Origin: an uncultured delta proteobacterium
GTDB lineage: Bacteria > Desulfobacterota > RBG-13-43-22
DNA length: 64,000 bases
Assembly (NCBI GenBank): GCA_963843145.1
Contig: CAWJJC010000028.1
Coordinates: 672,001 to 736,000 of the forward strand
Reading direction: 5' to 3'
The number at the start of each line of letters is the position of its first letter. The stretch's first letter is position 1. The notes under the pieces are model-generated. The model was not told the DNA's origin. It searched no databases and was given only the letters and a program-made list of their open reading frames with translations. Shown one piece after another: positions 1 through 10,907 of this stretch. Both the position numbers and the translations under genes were made by a program.

Positions 1-522
1 TTTCAAACGGTCGAATTGTTTGGAAACATGACTGTTCTGGAAAACGTCATGGTGGGCTGCCATCCCCGTACCCGTTCCGGGATCTTGGCGGCTGGTCTCC
101 GTTGGCCTAAGATGAAAAAAGAGGAAGCCTGGACCAGAGAAGAGTCCCTGAAAAAACTGGACCTGGGGGGGTTGAAAGAGAAAGCGCATCTGCCTTCGAC
201 CAGCCTGCCGCTGGGTGAGCAAAAGACTTTGGAGGTCCTGCGGGCCCTGGCCACTCAGCCCAAGCTGATTCTGCTCGATGAACCGGCCGCCGGACTGAAT
301 GAATCGGAGACCCAGCAGATGTCCGCCTTGATTTATACCATACGGGAGAGCGGAATAACCATCCTGCTGGTTGAACACGATATGACCCTGGTAATGAAGG
401 TTTCCGATGAGATTGTGGTGATCAACTACGGTCAAAAGATCGCGGAAGGGACCCCCGAGGAGATACAAAGCAATCCCCTGGTGATCGAGGCCTACCTGGG
501 CGGAGATATTGACTATGCTTGA
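1..522 (+). CDS. livG: Branched-chain amino acid-type ABC transporter ATP-binding protein (5' truncated by window)
   Basis: Frame open from base 1 (FQTVELFGNMTVLENV); LLDEPAAG, LLVEHDM, VIEAYLG motifs. Confidence 0.9.
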   Translation, partial: FQTVELFGNMTVLENVMVGCHPRTRSGILAAGLRWPKMKKEEAWTREESLKKLDLGGLKEKAHLPSTSLPLGEQKTLEVLRALATQPKLILLDEPAAGLNESETQQMSALIYTIRESGITILLVEHDMTLVMKVSDEIVVINYGQKIAEGTPEEIQSNPLVIEAYLGGDIDYA

Positions 523-1228
523 TCTGCGCGGGATCAACGCCTACTATGGGAGCATCCAGGCCCTGAAAAATGTCTTCCTGAAGGTTTCGACCGGGGATAT
601 TGTGACGATAATCGGGGCCAACGGGGCCGGAAAGTCCACCCTGCTGAAAACGATCTCCGGGGTGATCCAGTCGAAAGGCGGGGCAGTCTGGTACGAGGAT
701 ACGGACATTACCCGTTTTTCACCGGTTAAAATAGTGGCCCTGGGAATTTCTCAGGTACCGGAAGGCCGGCAGCTCTTCGCTCATCTCCCCGTCCTGGATA
801 ACCTGCAACTGGGCGCCTATCTGTATCAAAACCGGAAATTCAAAAAGGAAATTCAAGAAAAGCTGGATTGGATTTATCAGGTATTCCCCATCCTGCGAAA
901 AAGGTCCAAGCAGTTAGCCGGGACCCTGAGCGGCGGAGAGCAGCAGATGGTGGCCATTGCCCGGGCCTTGATGTCCCGTCCGAAACTCCTGCTTCTCGAC
1001 GAACCCTCCATGGGGCTGGCCCCCTTGATTGTCCAGGAGATCTTCCGGGTAATCCGTCAATTGAATGATCAGGGCACCACCATTCTGCTGGTGGAACAAA
1101 ACGCCCGCGCCGCTCTGCAGATTGCCAATTACGGCTATGTCCTGGAGACCGGTTCCATTGCCCTTGAAGGGCCGGCCCATGATCTTTTGGCGGATGAGAA
1201 AGTGCGCCACGCTTACTTGGGCAAATAA
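515..1228 (+). CDS. livF: Branched-chain amino acid-type ABC transporter ATP-binding protein
   Basis: GANGAGKST, VPEGRQLF, LSGGEQQM, LLDEPSMGLAP, AYLG. Confidence 0.93.
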   Translation: MLDLRGINAYYGSIQALKNVFLKVSTGDIVTIIGANGAGKSTLLKTISGVIQSKGGAVWYEDTDITRFSPVKIVALGISQVPEGRQLFAHLPVLDNLQLGAYLYQNRKFKKEIQEKLDWIYQVFPILRKRSKQLAGTLSGGEQQMVAIARALMSRPKLLLLDEPSMGLAPLIVQEIFRVIRQLNDQGTTILLVEQNARAALQIANYGYVLETGSIALEGPAHDLLADEKVRHAYLGK

Positions 1229-1267
1229 GGTGGATCGGGCGGTATTCAGCCAAAGCCGTAGACTCCC

Positions 1268-4200
1268 ATGAACCACGAAGCAACCGCGAAAATCGGGGCC
1301 GTTCTGGTCGTTGGGGCCGGTATCTCCGGGATGCAGTCGGCCCTGGACCTGGCCAATGCCGGCTTCAAGGTCTATCTGGCGGACCGCAACGTGAGCATCG
1401 GCGGGGTCATGGCCCAGTTGGACAAGACCTTTCCCACCAACGACTGCTCCACCTGCATGATTTCTCCCAAACTGATCGAAGTGTCCGGCAATCCCAATAT
1501 CGAACTCATCACCCGGGCCCGCCTGGAACACCTTTCCGGGGAACCCGGAAATTTCAAGGCCGAGATTTACCAGGAACCTCGGTTCATCAAGGAGGAAGTC
1601 TGCACCGGCTGCGGGGAGTGCATCCAGGTCTGCCCCGTGGAAGTTCCGGCCGATTTCAACCTGGGATTGAATCGCCGCAAAGCGATCTATCGCCATTTCC
1701 CCCAGGCCGTGCCTTCCACCTTTGCCATCGATCGACGGGGGACTTCCCCCTGCAAAGCGGCCTGCCCGGCCCATATCAGCGTTCAGGGGTACGTGGCCCT
1801 GATCGCCCAGGGGAAGTTTGAGGAAGCCTTGGGATTGATCCGCCGGGAAAATCCGCTGCCTTTCGTCTGCGGGTACGTCTGCACCCACCCCTGTGAGGGG
1901 GTCTGTAAAAGAGCGGAAGTGGAAGAAGCTATCGCCATTCGGGACCTGAAAAGGTTCGTGGCCGACTATGAGGCGAAAACCGGACCGGTCAAACTTCCGG
2001 CCCCGGAGGAAAAGCATATCCAGCGGGTAGCCATAATCGGGTCCGGGCCGGCAGGGTTGACCTGCGCCTATTATCTGGCCCGGCAGGGATACCCGGTCAC
2101 TATTTTTGAAGCGCTGCCCAAAGCCGGCGGTATGCTGACCGTAGGAATCCCCAACTACCGCTTGCCTCAGCAGGTGGTCGACCGAGAGATCGAGGCCATC
2201 AAGAGCTTGGGCGTGTCCATCGAGTTGAACAGCCCCATCGGGTCGGAACGGACTCTGGAGCAACTTAAGGAAGAGGGGTTTGAGGCCGTTTTCACAGCCA
2301 TTGGGGCCCACCAGGGGATTCGACTGGGGGTGGCCGGGGAAGACCTGCCGGGGGTCATGGCCGGGGTGGACCTCCTGCGGCAGTCGGCCCTCGGACAGCC
2401 GGTCCAGGTTGGAAAACGGGTGGCCGTCATCGGGGGCGGAAACGTGGCTATCGATGCCGTACGGTCCGCCCTGCGGCTGGGGTCCGAGGAGGGTCTGGTG
2501 ATCTACCGGCGAACCCGGGAAGAAATGCCGGCTTATGCCGAGGAAATCGAAGAAGCCCTGGAAGAGGGGGTTCGGATCGAATATCTGACGGCCCCGGTTC
2601 GATTTTTGGGGGATGAAAAAGGCAAGCTGAGGGCCTTGGAATGCCTGAAGATGGAACTGGGGGAGCCCGATGAGTCGGGACGACGTCGGCCCGTACCGGT
2701 AGCCGGTTCGGAATTTGAGATACCGGTGGATACGGTGATCACAGCCATCAGCCAGCAGCCGGATTTGGCTAAAATTAAGGTCCCCCAGGGCGTAGCGGTT
2801 TCAAAAAACGGAACCTTTGAGGTGGATCCGATTACCCTGCAGTCCGCGCTTCCCTGGCTGTTTGCCGGCGGGGACGCGGTGCTGGGTCCCCGGACGGTCA
2901 TCGAGGCCATTGCCCAGGGCAAGGAAGCCGCGCTTTCCATAGACCGCTATTTACAGGGCGGGGACCTGTTCGCCGGCCGGGAAAAGGCTTTCGAGATTGC
3001 TGAACCGGAAATTACCGGTGTCCTGAAGGAACCGCGATTCCGACCGCGGCTGCGGGCTCCCGGGGAGCGGCGGCGGGACTTCAGGGAAGTGGTGGAGGTC
3101 ATGACGCCGGAAGAAGCCCGGGCGGAGGCCTCCCGCTGCCTGGCCTGCGGGATCTGCTCGGAATGCTACCAGTGTCTGGAGGCCTGCCAGGCCGGGGCCA
3201 TCGACCACGCCATGGTTGGCGAAAAAATCACCCTACAGGTCGGAGCGGTGATCGCTTCACCGGGGTTTGAGATCTTCGATGCCCGCCTGAAGGAAGAATA
3301 CGGGTACGGGCGCTATCCCAACGTGTTGACCAGCCTGGAATTCGAACGGGTCCTGTCCGCTTCGGGTCCCTTCGGGGGCCATGTCCAGCGGCCCTCCGAC
3401 GGCCGGGAGCCCAAGAGAGTGGCCTGGATACAATGCGTCGGGTCCCGGGATGCTTCAATCAACCGGGAATATTGTTCCTATGTCTGCTGCATGTACGCCA
3501 CCAAGCAGGCTATCATCGCCAAGGAGCATCTGGCGGGCCTGGAGCCCACCATATTTTTTATCGATATCCGGGCCCAGGGAAAGGGCTTTGACCGTTATTA
3601 TGAGCGGGCCAGAGGGGAGCACGGGGTCCGGTATGTCCGCAGTCTGATCTCCCGGGTGGCCCAAGACCCGCAAACCCGGGACCTGCAGATTTCTTATATC
3701 GATGAGGACAACCGGTTTCAGACTGAGGAATTCGACTTGGTCATTTTGTCCGTGGGACTGACTCCCCATTCGCAGTCGGGCCCGCTGGCCAAATGCCTGG
3801 AGATCCGGACGGATCGTTTCGGTTTTTGCGTGAACCCGCCTCTGGATACGGTGGGCACGACCCGACCGGGAATCTTTGTGGGCGGGGTGTTCCAGAACCC
3901 CAAGGACATCCCGGAGACCGTCACCCAGGCCAGCGGGGCCGCGGCGGCCGCTGCCGCCTTGCTGACCGAGGCGCGGGGTACTCAAATCAAAGAGGTTTTT
4001 TTCCCCGAGGAAAGGTCCGTTCAGGCGGAGGAAGCCCGCATCGGGGTCTTTATCTGCCATTGCGGGATCAACATCGCCGGGATTGTGGACGTAGCTCAGG
4101 TTTCCGAATACGCCCGGACGCTGCCCGGGGTGGTTTATACCGATCACCTGCTGTTCACCTGTTCCACCGACAGTCAGGAGCGGATGCTCCAGTTGATCAA

Positions 4201-5690
4201 GGAACAACGGGCTGAACCGGGTGGTGGTGGCCTCCTGCTCGCCGCGCACCCATGAAGGCCTCTTCCGGAATACCCTGCGGAAAGCGGGTTTGAACAAATA
4301 CCTGTTCGAGATGGCCAACATCCGGGATCAATGCTCCTGGGTCCACCAGGCCGATCCCGCTGTCGCCACAGAAAAGGCCGAGGACCTGGTGCGCATGGCC
4401 GTGGCCCGGGCCGGTTTACTGGAACCCTTGTACGAGATCCCCTATGAGGTGAATCAGCGGGCCCTGGTAGTGGGCGGCGGAATCGCCGGCATGACGGCCG
4501 CCCTGAACCTGGCCGATCAGGGTTTTGAGACCTTCCTGATCGAACGTGCCGCTCAATTGGGAGGCATAGCCCGACGTATCCACCGGACCTTGGAAGGGGT
4601 GGATGTCCAGCAGTATCTCCAAGAGACCATTCACCGAGTGGTCGGCCATCCCCGTATCCGGCTTTTTATCGACACCGAACTGCTGGAGACCACCGGGACC
4701 GTGGGTCAATTCAGCAGCGTCTTTTCCCACCGGGGGGAAAAGGGGACTTTGAAACACGGGGCCGTGGTGGTGGCCGCCGGCGGGTTGGAGTACCGGCCGA
4801 CGGAGTACCATTATGGCGACCATCCCCGGATCCTGACCCAACTGGAACTTCAGGAAAGACTGTTTGCCGATCCGGAGGGAATAGGGAAACCCGGGTCGGT
4901 GGTCATGATCCAGTGCGTCGGTTCCCGGGACGAGGACCACCCCTACTGCAGTCGGGTTTGTTGTTCCACGGCCGTCCATAACGCCTTACGGATCAAGGAA
5001 ATCAGTCCGCAGACCGAGGTGGTGGTTCTTTACCGGGATATCCGCACCTATGCGCAGAAGGAACTGTATTACAAACAGGCCCGGGAGGCCGGGGTACGCT
5101 TCGTCCGCTTTGAACCGGAAAAGCGGCCGGAAGTGGATCTGGTGGAGGGGAATCTCGAAGTCCGGGTCTTTGACCAGAACCTGAAGGCCGGACTGCGTCT
5201 GCGTCCCGAGTGGATCGCCCTGTCGGCGGCTATCCGGCCGGCGGTGGAAAGCCGGTCTTTGGCGCAGACGCTGAAGCTGCCTTTTGACGCCGACGGCTTT
5301 TTTCTGGAGGCCCACATCAAGTTGCGGCCCCTGGATTTCGCCAACGCCGGGATGTTCCTTTGCGGCCTGGGACACGGTCCGAAGTTCCTGGAAGAGAGCA
5401 TCGCCCAGGCCAAGGGAGCGGCGGCTCGGGCGGCCACGGTGCTGGCCCAGAAACAAACCATGGTGGGCGGGCCGGTGGCCGAAGTCAACGAAGAGCTGTG
5501 CGTCGCCTGTCTGACCTGCCTGCGGGTCTGCCCCTTCGGGGTACCCCGGATCAACGAACGGCATTTCGCCCAGATCGACCCGGCCGCCTGCCGGGGCTGC
5601 GGGAACTGCGCCAGCGCTTGCCCCCAGGGAGCGATCCAGGTCGGCCACTACCTGGACGATCAGTATGTGGCCCTGTTGGAGGCGTGTTAG
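1268..5690 (+). CDS. hdrA: Large HdrA-family flavoprotein (HdrL-type: HdrA with inserted GltD-like NAD(P)H domain plus second HdrA module), split by one extra base at ~4206-4211
   Basis: LDKTFPTNDCSTC, GSGPAG and GGGNVA Rossmann motifs, IQCVGSR...CSxVCC twice, ferredoxin motifs; ORFs 1268-4255 and 4221-5690 join as ...GLNRVVVASCSPRTHE if one base is removed. Confidence 0.88.
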
Positions 5691-5853
5691 GGCGCAAAGC
5701 GCAAAGCGTAAGGCGTGAGTCGTAAGGCGTAAGGGGTAAAGGCATTGAAAATAACGGATTACTAATACGATCGTTTTTGAAAGGGCTAAACCGGAAGGAG
5801 CAAAGCCGTCTGGTTTTTTAACGACTTGCGCCTTACGACTTGCGCCTCGCGAG
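5691..5853. repeat. Heptamer-periodic inverted-repeat element
   Basis: 7 units like GGCGTAA/GGCGCAA (5691-5739) and 5 reverse-complement units like TTGCGCC/TTACGAC (5819-5853). Confidence 0.8.
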
Positions 5854-5863
5854 TTTTCTTAGA

Positions 5864-6295
5864 TTGGAATCATTCGAACCCAAACTCATCGCCATGGTCT
5901 GCACTTATTGCACCTATACGGCTGCGGATATGGCCGGTTCCCTGCGGCTTCAATATCCGCACAACGTGCGGATCATTAAATACCTTTGCACCGGCAAGGT
6001 GGATATCCAGCATATGCTGAAGGCCTTTGAGGGTGGGGCCGATGCCCTGCTGGTGGGCGGCTGAGCCATCGGGGACTGCCATTTCCTGGAAGGAAATCTC
6101 AGAGCCAAGGAGCGGGTGGAGTACACCAAAACCCTGTTAACGGAAATCGGCCTGGAACCCGAACGGCTGGAAATGTTTCATATCGGGGCCTCCGATGCCC
6201 CGCAGTGGGCCCAGGCGGTGACCGAGATGACGGAGCGGGCCAGGGGGTTGGGTCCGAATCCATTGAAAAAGTTAAAAGTTCAAAATGCGGAGTAG
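5864..6295 (+). CDS. mvhD: MvhD/FlpD [2Fe-2S] subunit, selenocysteine-containing (TGA 6062-6064)
   Basis: FEPKLIAMVCTYC...CTGKVD...VGG-TGA-AIGDCHFLEGN...IGLEPERL...LGPNP; frame stays open to TAG 6293-6295; TGA occupies the Cys of the GCxxGDCH motif; TTG start inferred. Confidence 0.9.
6081..6097 (+). promoter_or_regulatory. Putative bacterial SECIS apical hairpin
   Basis: ATTTCCT-GGA-AGGAAAT perfect stem with G-containing loop, starting 17 nt after the in-frame TGA. Confidence 0.7.
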
Positions 6296-6355
6296 AGTCT
6301 TTTTGAAAGGAATGGTGACTCAAGCAAGGAGGAGTTCTTAAATGGGAATTATAAA

Positions 6356-7039
6356 ATGATCGTCGCCCAACGCAAACCCTTTGCTGAAATCAAAAGGGCT
6401 TTAGCCCCTTATACGAATATCCTGGTGGCCGGGTGCGGGACCTGTGTGGCGGTCTGCCTGGCCGGGGGGAAAAAAGAGGTGGGTCTCTTGGCCAGCCAGC
6501 TCCGGATGAGTTTCGGCCTGGAGAAGAAGGAAGTGAAGATCTCCGAAGTGACCCTGGAACGGCAGTGCGATCGGGAGTTCCTGGAGATGGCCGGGAAAGA
6601 AGTGGAAGAGGCCGAGGCCGTGCTCTCCCTGGCCTGCGGGGCCGGGATCCAGTTCCTGGCTGAAGTCTATCCCCAACGGCCCGTGTATCCGGGGGTGAAT
6701 ACCACCTTCATCGGCGTGGCTGAGGCCGCCGGTCTCTGGACCGAGCGTTGCCGGGCCTGCGGAGATTGCCTGCTGGCGGAGACCGGCGGGATCTGCCCGA
6801 GGACCATCTGCGCCAAGGGGCTCAATAACGGGCCCTGCGGGGGCATGCTGGACGGGAAATGCGAGGTGGATCCGGAACGCCCCTGTGCCTGGGTGCTGAT
6901 TCATGATCGGCTGAGCCGGGAGGGGCGTTTGGCAGACTTGGAAGCGGTCAGGCCCCCCACGGACTTTGCCCGGCAAACCCAGCCCGGGAAAGTGACTCAC
7001 GCGGCTTATTTGCGGAGGTATCATGGCGACTCCAAGTAA
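6356..7039 (+). CDS. metV: Methylenetetrahydrofolate reductase small (MetV-type) subunit
   Basis: GCGTCVAVC, ERQCD, ERCRACGDC, GGICP..CAKGLNNGPCGG, CEVD..CAW. Confidence 0.88.
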   Translation: MIVAQRKPFAEIKRALAPYTNILVAGCGTCVAVCLAGGKKEVGLLASQLRMSFGLEKKEVKISEVTLERQCDREFLEMAGKEVEEAEAVLSLACGAGIQFLAEVYPQRPVYPGVNTTFIGVAEAAGLWTERCRACGDCLLAETGGICPRTICAKGLNNGPCGGMLDGKCEVDPERPCAWVLIHDRLSREGRLADLEAVRPPTDFARQTQPGKVTHAAYLRRYHGDSK

Positions 7040-7901
7040 ATTTGCCCAAGACTTGGCCTCGGAGGAGTTCATCCTCACCGCTGAACTCGACCCTCCCAAG
7101 GGAGCGGACCCGGCGGTAGTTCAAAAAAAGATAGCCGCGCTTAAAGAGAAGGTCCAGGCCGTGGTGGTCTCGGATAACCACTCGGCCCGGATGCGCATGG
7201 CCCCGCTGGGTATCTGCCGAACCCTCCTTGATCAGGGACTGGAGCCGATCCTGACCCTGACCGGCCGGGACCGCAACCGTCTGGCCCTGCAATCCGATCT
7301 GCTGGCCGCCTTCAGTCTGGGAATTCAAAATGTATTGGCCGTAACCGGGGATCACACCTCCTGGGGGGACCATCCCCAGGCCAAGCCGGTGTATGATCTG
7401 GATTCGGTGCAACTTCTGAAGACCCTGAGCGCCTTGAATCGAGGCCAGGACCTTTCCGAAAATCCTTTGGAGGGCGCCCCGCCCCATTTTACGGTGGGAG
7501 CGGTAGTTCCCCTGGCGGCCAATCCCTTGGAACCGGTGATCATGAAGTTTCGCAAAAAAGCGGCCCAAGGCGTGGATTTTTTTATCAGTCACCCCCTTTT
7601 CGATTTAAAAAACGCGGATGAATTTTTTAAGCAGACCCCTGAGATCAAGACACCGCTTCTGGCTACCGTCTGTCTGCTGAAGTGGGATCAAATTGTCGGT
7701 TACCGCCCCGGGAACCTCCCGGGAATCTTTCTCCCCGAGGCGGTGTCGGAACAGTTTAAATCCTGGAAAGAGGAGACCTACGAGTCCAGGACCTGGGAGG
7801 TCGCCGGGAAGCTGATAGCAGCCGTGAAAAAAGACGGCCGGTTTCGAGGGGTGCATTTGATGCTGTCCGGAGAGGAAGAACGGGTAGGAGATCTGGTTTA
7901 G
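7023..7901 (+). CDS. metF: MetF-like methylenetetrahydrofolate reductase flavoprotein (divergent)
   Basis: TAELDPPKG, RDRNRLALQSDL, TGDH, VYDLDS; overlaps metV. Confidence 0.85.
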   Translation: MATPSKFAQDLASEEFILTAELDPPKGADPAVVQKKIAALKEKVQAVVVSDNHSARMRMAPLGICRTLLDQGLEPILTLTGRDRNRLALQSDLLAAFSLGIQNVLAVTGDHTSWGDHPQAKPVYDLDSVQLLKTLSALNRGQDLSENPLEGAPPHFTVGAVVPLAANPLEPVIMKFRKKAAQGVDFFISHPLFDLKNADEFFKQTPEIKTPLLATVCLLKWDQIVGYRPGNLPGIFLPEAVSEQFKSWKEETYESRTWEVAGKLIAAVKKDGRFRGVHLMLSGEEERVGDLV

Positions 7902-7963
7902 AATAGTGGATGTATTTTTATTCTTCACGGGTCACGCTCTGAACTTGGCGGTTCAATAACGAA

Positions 7964-9031
7964 ATGAACCTGCAGAATCCAAAAGTACTGATCCTTGGCG
8001 GCGGGATCGCCGGACTGACAGCGGCATTGGCCTTGAACCGGTTGGGCGTATCCCTGGAGCTGCTGGAGAAAACCGCCGTCCTGGGCGGCGCGGCCCGGAA
8101 TTTCTGCTGTAAAGCAACCGATGTCTGCCGCCAGTGCGGGGCCTGTCTGGTAAACGATGCCCTCCGGGCCCTGATGCCGGCCGCACTGGCCGAGGCGCCT
8201 TCGCTGAGGATCCGGTTGAGATCCGAATTAACGGAAATTAGCCGGGAGGCCAAGGAATTTCTCTATAGCTATCGCGGCCCTGAAGGGGCCGGGGAAGGCC
8301 GGGCCGAGGCGCTGCTTCTGGCCACCGGCTTCACCCCCTTCAGGGCGGAAGACAAACCTCAATACGGCTACGGCCGTCTGCCCAATGTCCTCACCGGTTT
8401 GGACCTGGAAAAACAAATCAAAGAAACCGGTGCGGTGGTAAGACCCTCCGACCTTCAGACTCCCCAGTCCATCGCCTTCATTCAATGCGTTGGTAGTCGT
8501 GACCTGCATCTGGGACACCCGTTCTGCTCCCAGGTTTGTTGCGGATACGCGCTGCGTCTGGCCGGCCTGATTCGCCACCGTACCCCTGGAACGGCGGTGA
8601 CGATTTTCTACATGGACATCCAGAACTTTGGGAAAGATTTTTCCCGGTTTCTGGATGAGGCTCGGCAGCAGATGCGTTTTATTCGCTCCATCCCGGGAGA
8701 TATTCAGGGAGGGGAAAACGATCGGCTCCTGCTGACCTATCAACAGGATGACGGCCTGCCGAGTCAAAAGGAAACCTTCGACCTGGTGGTCCTTTCGATC
8801 GGTTTAATGCCGGGAGCCGATTTGATCGGGCTTAGTCAAAAGATCAATCTTCCGCTGAACGCCGACGGGTTTTTAACAAAAGATGGAGACCGGTTTTCCC
8901 TTTCTCCGGCCGAAGGGGTATTTTTTGCAGGGACCGTTTCCGGTCCCAAAAGCATTTCCCGATCGGTTTCCCAGGCCCAACAAGCCTCCGAAGAGCTGGT
9001 CCAATTTTTGAAGGGGAGGGGCCTATCGTGA
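7964..9031 (+). CDS. Short HdrA/QmoA-like FAD and FeS subunit
   Basis: GGGIAG, CKATDVCRQCGAC, YGYG, IQCVGSRD...CSQVCC. Confidence 0.85.
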   Translation: MNLQNPKVLILGGGIAGLTAALALNRLGVSLELLEKTAVLGGAARNFCCKATDVCRQCGACLVNDALRALMPAALAEAPSLRIRLRSELTEISREAKEFLYSYRGPEGAGEGRAEALLLATGFTPFRAEDKPQYGYGRLPNVLTGLDLEKQIKETGAVVRPSDLQTPQSIAFIQCVGSRDLHLGHPFCSQVCCGYALRLAGLIRHRTPGTAVTIFYMDIQNFGKDFSRFLDEARQQMRFIRSIPGDIQGGENDRLLLTYQQDDGLPSQKETFDLVVLSIGLMPGADLIGLSQKINLPLNADGFLTKDGDRFSLSPAEGVFFAGTVSGPKSISRSVSQAQQASEELVQFLKGRGLS

Positions 9032-10764
9032 TTCCCCTCGCGGAATTTCAGAAAAGGCCCAGGGTTTTAGTCGTGGGGGGGGGATTGACGGCCCTGGAAG
9101 CCGCCAGCCGATTGATCGCTTTCGGGTATGAGGTGCTGGTCGCTTATCCGGAGGCGGAACTTCGGACGGTGAAATCCTTGCTCCCGGAAGACCGGAAAAT
9201 GCCGGGTTACGCGCGGGATCTGCTGGATAGAATGAAAACCCAAGAGCGGGTTTCTTTTTATCCGGAAACCCTGGTGGGGTCGATTTCCGGGTTTGCTGGG
9301 GATTTCGAGGTGCAAATCCAGTCGCCCCAAAAAGAATGGCTTGAGCCGGTGGGGGCGATCGTCCTGGCCCCGGAGTTGGTTTCAACCGGAACGTCTTTTC
9401 CCGATCCCTTGAGTTCTTCCGGGCAAATAGTCCTCCTGGATCAATTGGTGGAGGAATTAAGCGCACCTTCCGGTACCTCCCGGGGTATTTATTCGTTGAA
9501 TTCCGCTTCCTACGCGGCTTTTCTGATCGGGCTGAACGGCGCCGGGGGAACGGCCGCCATGGCCCAGGCCTTGGAGTCGGCGATCATCCTCCGGAAAAAA
9601 TTCGAGGTCCAGGTTTATTTTTTTACCGGAAATGTCAAGGTGGCCGAGGAGGGACTGGAGCGGCTCTACCTGGAAGCCCGTGACGCGGGGGTGGTTTTTT
9701 TTAAACTGGAGGCTGAAAAACTGGAATTTCTGAAAAAGGGCGACCAGGTTACGCTCCAGTTCATTGATCCCCTGCTGGGGCAGCCCTTTGAATTGCTGCC
9801 GGACCTGCTGGTCGTCGATTCGCGGCCGCTTCTTCCCGCCGACGTGCAGTCCCTGGCGCTATCGACCCAATTGGGATTGGATCCCGCCGGTTACCTGCAA
9901 TCGGGCAACGTGCACCTCTGGCCCCAGGGGTTGGACCGGACCGGCATCTTTGCCGCCGGTCCCGGGAAAGGCCCGTTGATGGTCGCAGCCGCCATCGAGG
10001 AAGGGCGGGGAGCGGCCTTGTCGGTCCACCAATTTTTCGAGGGGCGCCCTGCGGAACCCCTGGACCGCGAGGTGGTGGTCGATAAGGGCCTGTGCACCGT
10101 CTGCCTGACCTGTCTGCGCTTTTGCCCTCACCAGGCCATCGGCTGGACCCATCGGATATTCATCCACCCCCTGGCCTGCCGGCGCTGCGGCATCTGCGCC
10201 AGCGAGTGCCCTATGGATGCCATTCAGATCGCCGGGTACTCCGATTCGGAGGTGGAACAACGGCTGCTGGAAATCAGCCGGCAGTGGGAAGAGAGGAGGG
10301 CCGGGGATCCCCGGATCCTCGTTTTCGGCTGCCGACGGTCGGCCGGGATGGCCTGGGACGAAATGACGCAAGGCGCCAGTCGTAAGGCGCAAGGCGAAAA
10401 AAAAGAAATTCCGACAAGCTGTTCCTGGGATCAGGGATCGGTGGAATTTATCGGGTTGCCGTGCGCCGGGAAGCTGGACCCGGATTTTCTGCTGAAAGCT
10501 CTGTCCCTGGGCGCTGATGGGGTGCTGGTCCTGGCCTGTCCGGAAGAGAATTGCCGATCCAACCACGGCAACACCTATGCCCGAGATCGATTAGCGGAAG
10601 CCTCGGATTATTTGGAAGAAGCGGGCCTTGATCGCCGGCGCCTCCGGTTTGAGCATATTTCCAGCAACCGGGTATTTCTTTTGGATGAGGTCCTTCAAGA
10701 CCTTATTAAAGGTATAAAAGGGTTGGAGGGGAGGGCACCCGCGGAGCATGAAAATAAGGATTGA
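9028..10764 (+). CDS. Degenerate HdrA module fused to 2x[4Fe-4S] and MvhD domains (QmoB-like architecture)
   Basis: VVGGG; CTVCLTC..CP, CRRCGIC..CP; C-terminal PCAGKLD...GADGVLVLAC...C...GN; lacks the QCVGSR/CC cluster motif. Confidence 0.8.
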   Translation: MIPLAEFQKRPRVLVVGGGLTALEAASRLIAFGYEVLVAYPEAELRTVKSLLPEDRKMPGYARDLLDRMKTQERVSFYPETLVGSISGFAGDFEVQIQSPQKEWLEPVGAIVLAPELVSTGTSFPDPLSSSGQIVLLDQLVEELSAPSGTSRGIYSLNSASYAAFLIGLNGAGGTAAMAQALESAIILRKKFEVQVYFFTGNVKVAEEGLERLYLEARDAGVVFFKLEAEKLEFLKKGDQVTLQFIDPLLGQPFELLPDLLVVDSRPLLPADVQSLALSTQLGLDPAGYLQSGNVHLWPQGLDRTGIFAAGPGKGPLMVAAAIEEGRGAALSVHQFFEGRPAEPLDREVVVDKGLCTVCLTCLRFCPHQAIGWTHRIFIHPLACRRCGICASECPMDAIQIAGYSDSEVEQRLLEISRQWEERRAGDPRILVFGCRRSAGMAWDEMTQGASRKAQGEKKEIPTSCSWDQGSVEFIGLPCAGKLDPDFLLKALSLGADGVLVLACPEENCRSNHGNTYARDRLAEASDYLEEAGLDRRRLRFEHISSNRVFLLDEVLQDLIKGIKGLEGRAPAEHENKD

Positions 10765-10770
10765 CCAGGA

Positions 10771-10863
10771 TTCGTCATTCCGGACAAGCGAAGCGCGATC
10801 CGGAATCCAGCCTCGGATAAGCTCTGGAGGGCCTGGATACCGGATCAAGTCCGGTATGACGAA
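10771..10863. repeat. REP-like palindromic element
   Basis: TTCGTCATTCCGGAC ... GTCCGGTATGACGAA terminal inverted repeat with internal CCGGAATCCAG/CTGGATACCGG pair. Confidence 0.75.
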
Positions 10864-10907
10864 AAAAAGCCTGAAAAAGCGGTGATAGATTCTATTTTCG
10901 TACTAAT

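Noticed and set aside
5782-5818. GGGCTAAACCGGAAGGAGCAAAGCC resembles the c-di-GMP-I (GEMM) riboswitch core
   Set aside because: The stem around the tetraloop is only 2 bp and no 3' half is visible; it sits in a repeat spacer. An Infernal search would settle it.
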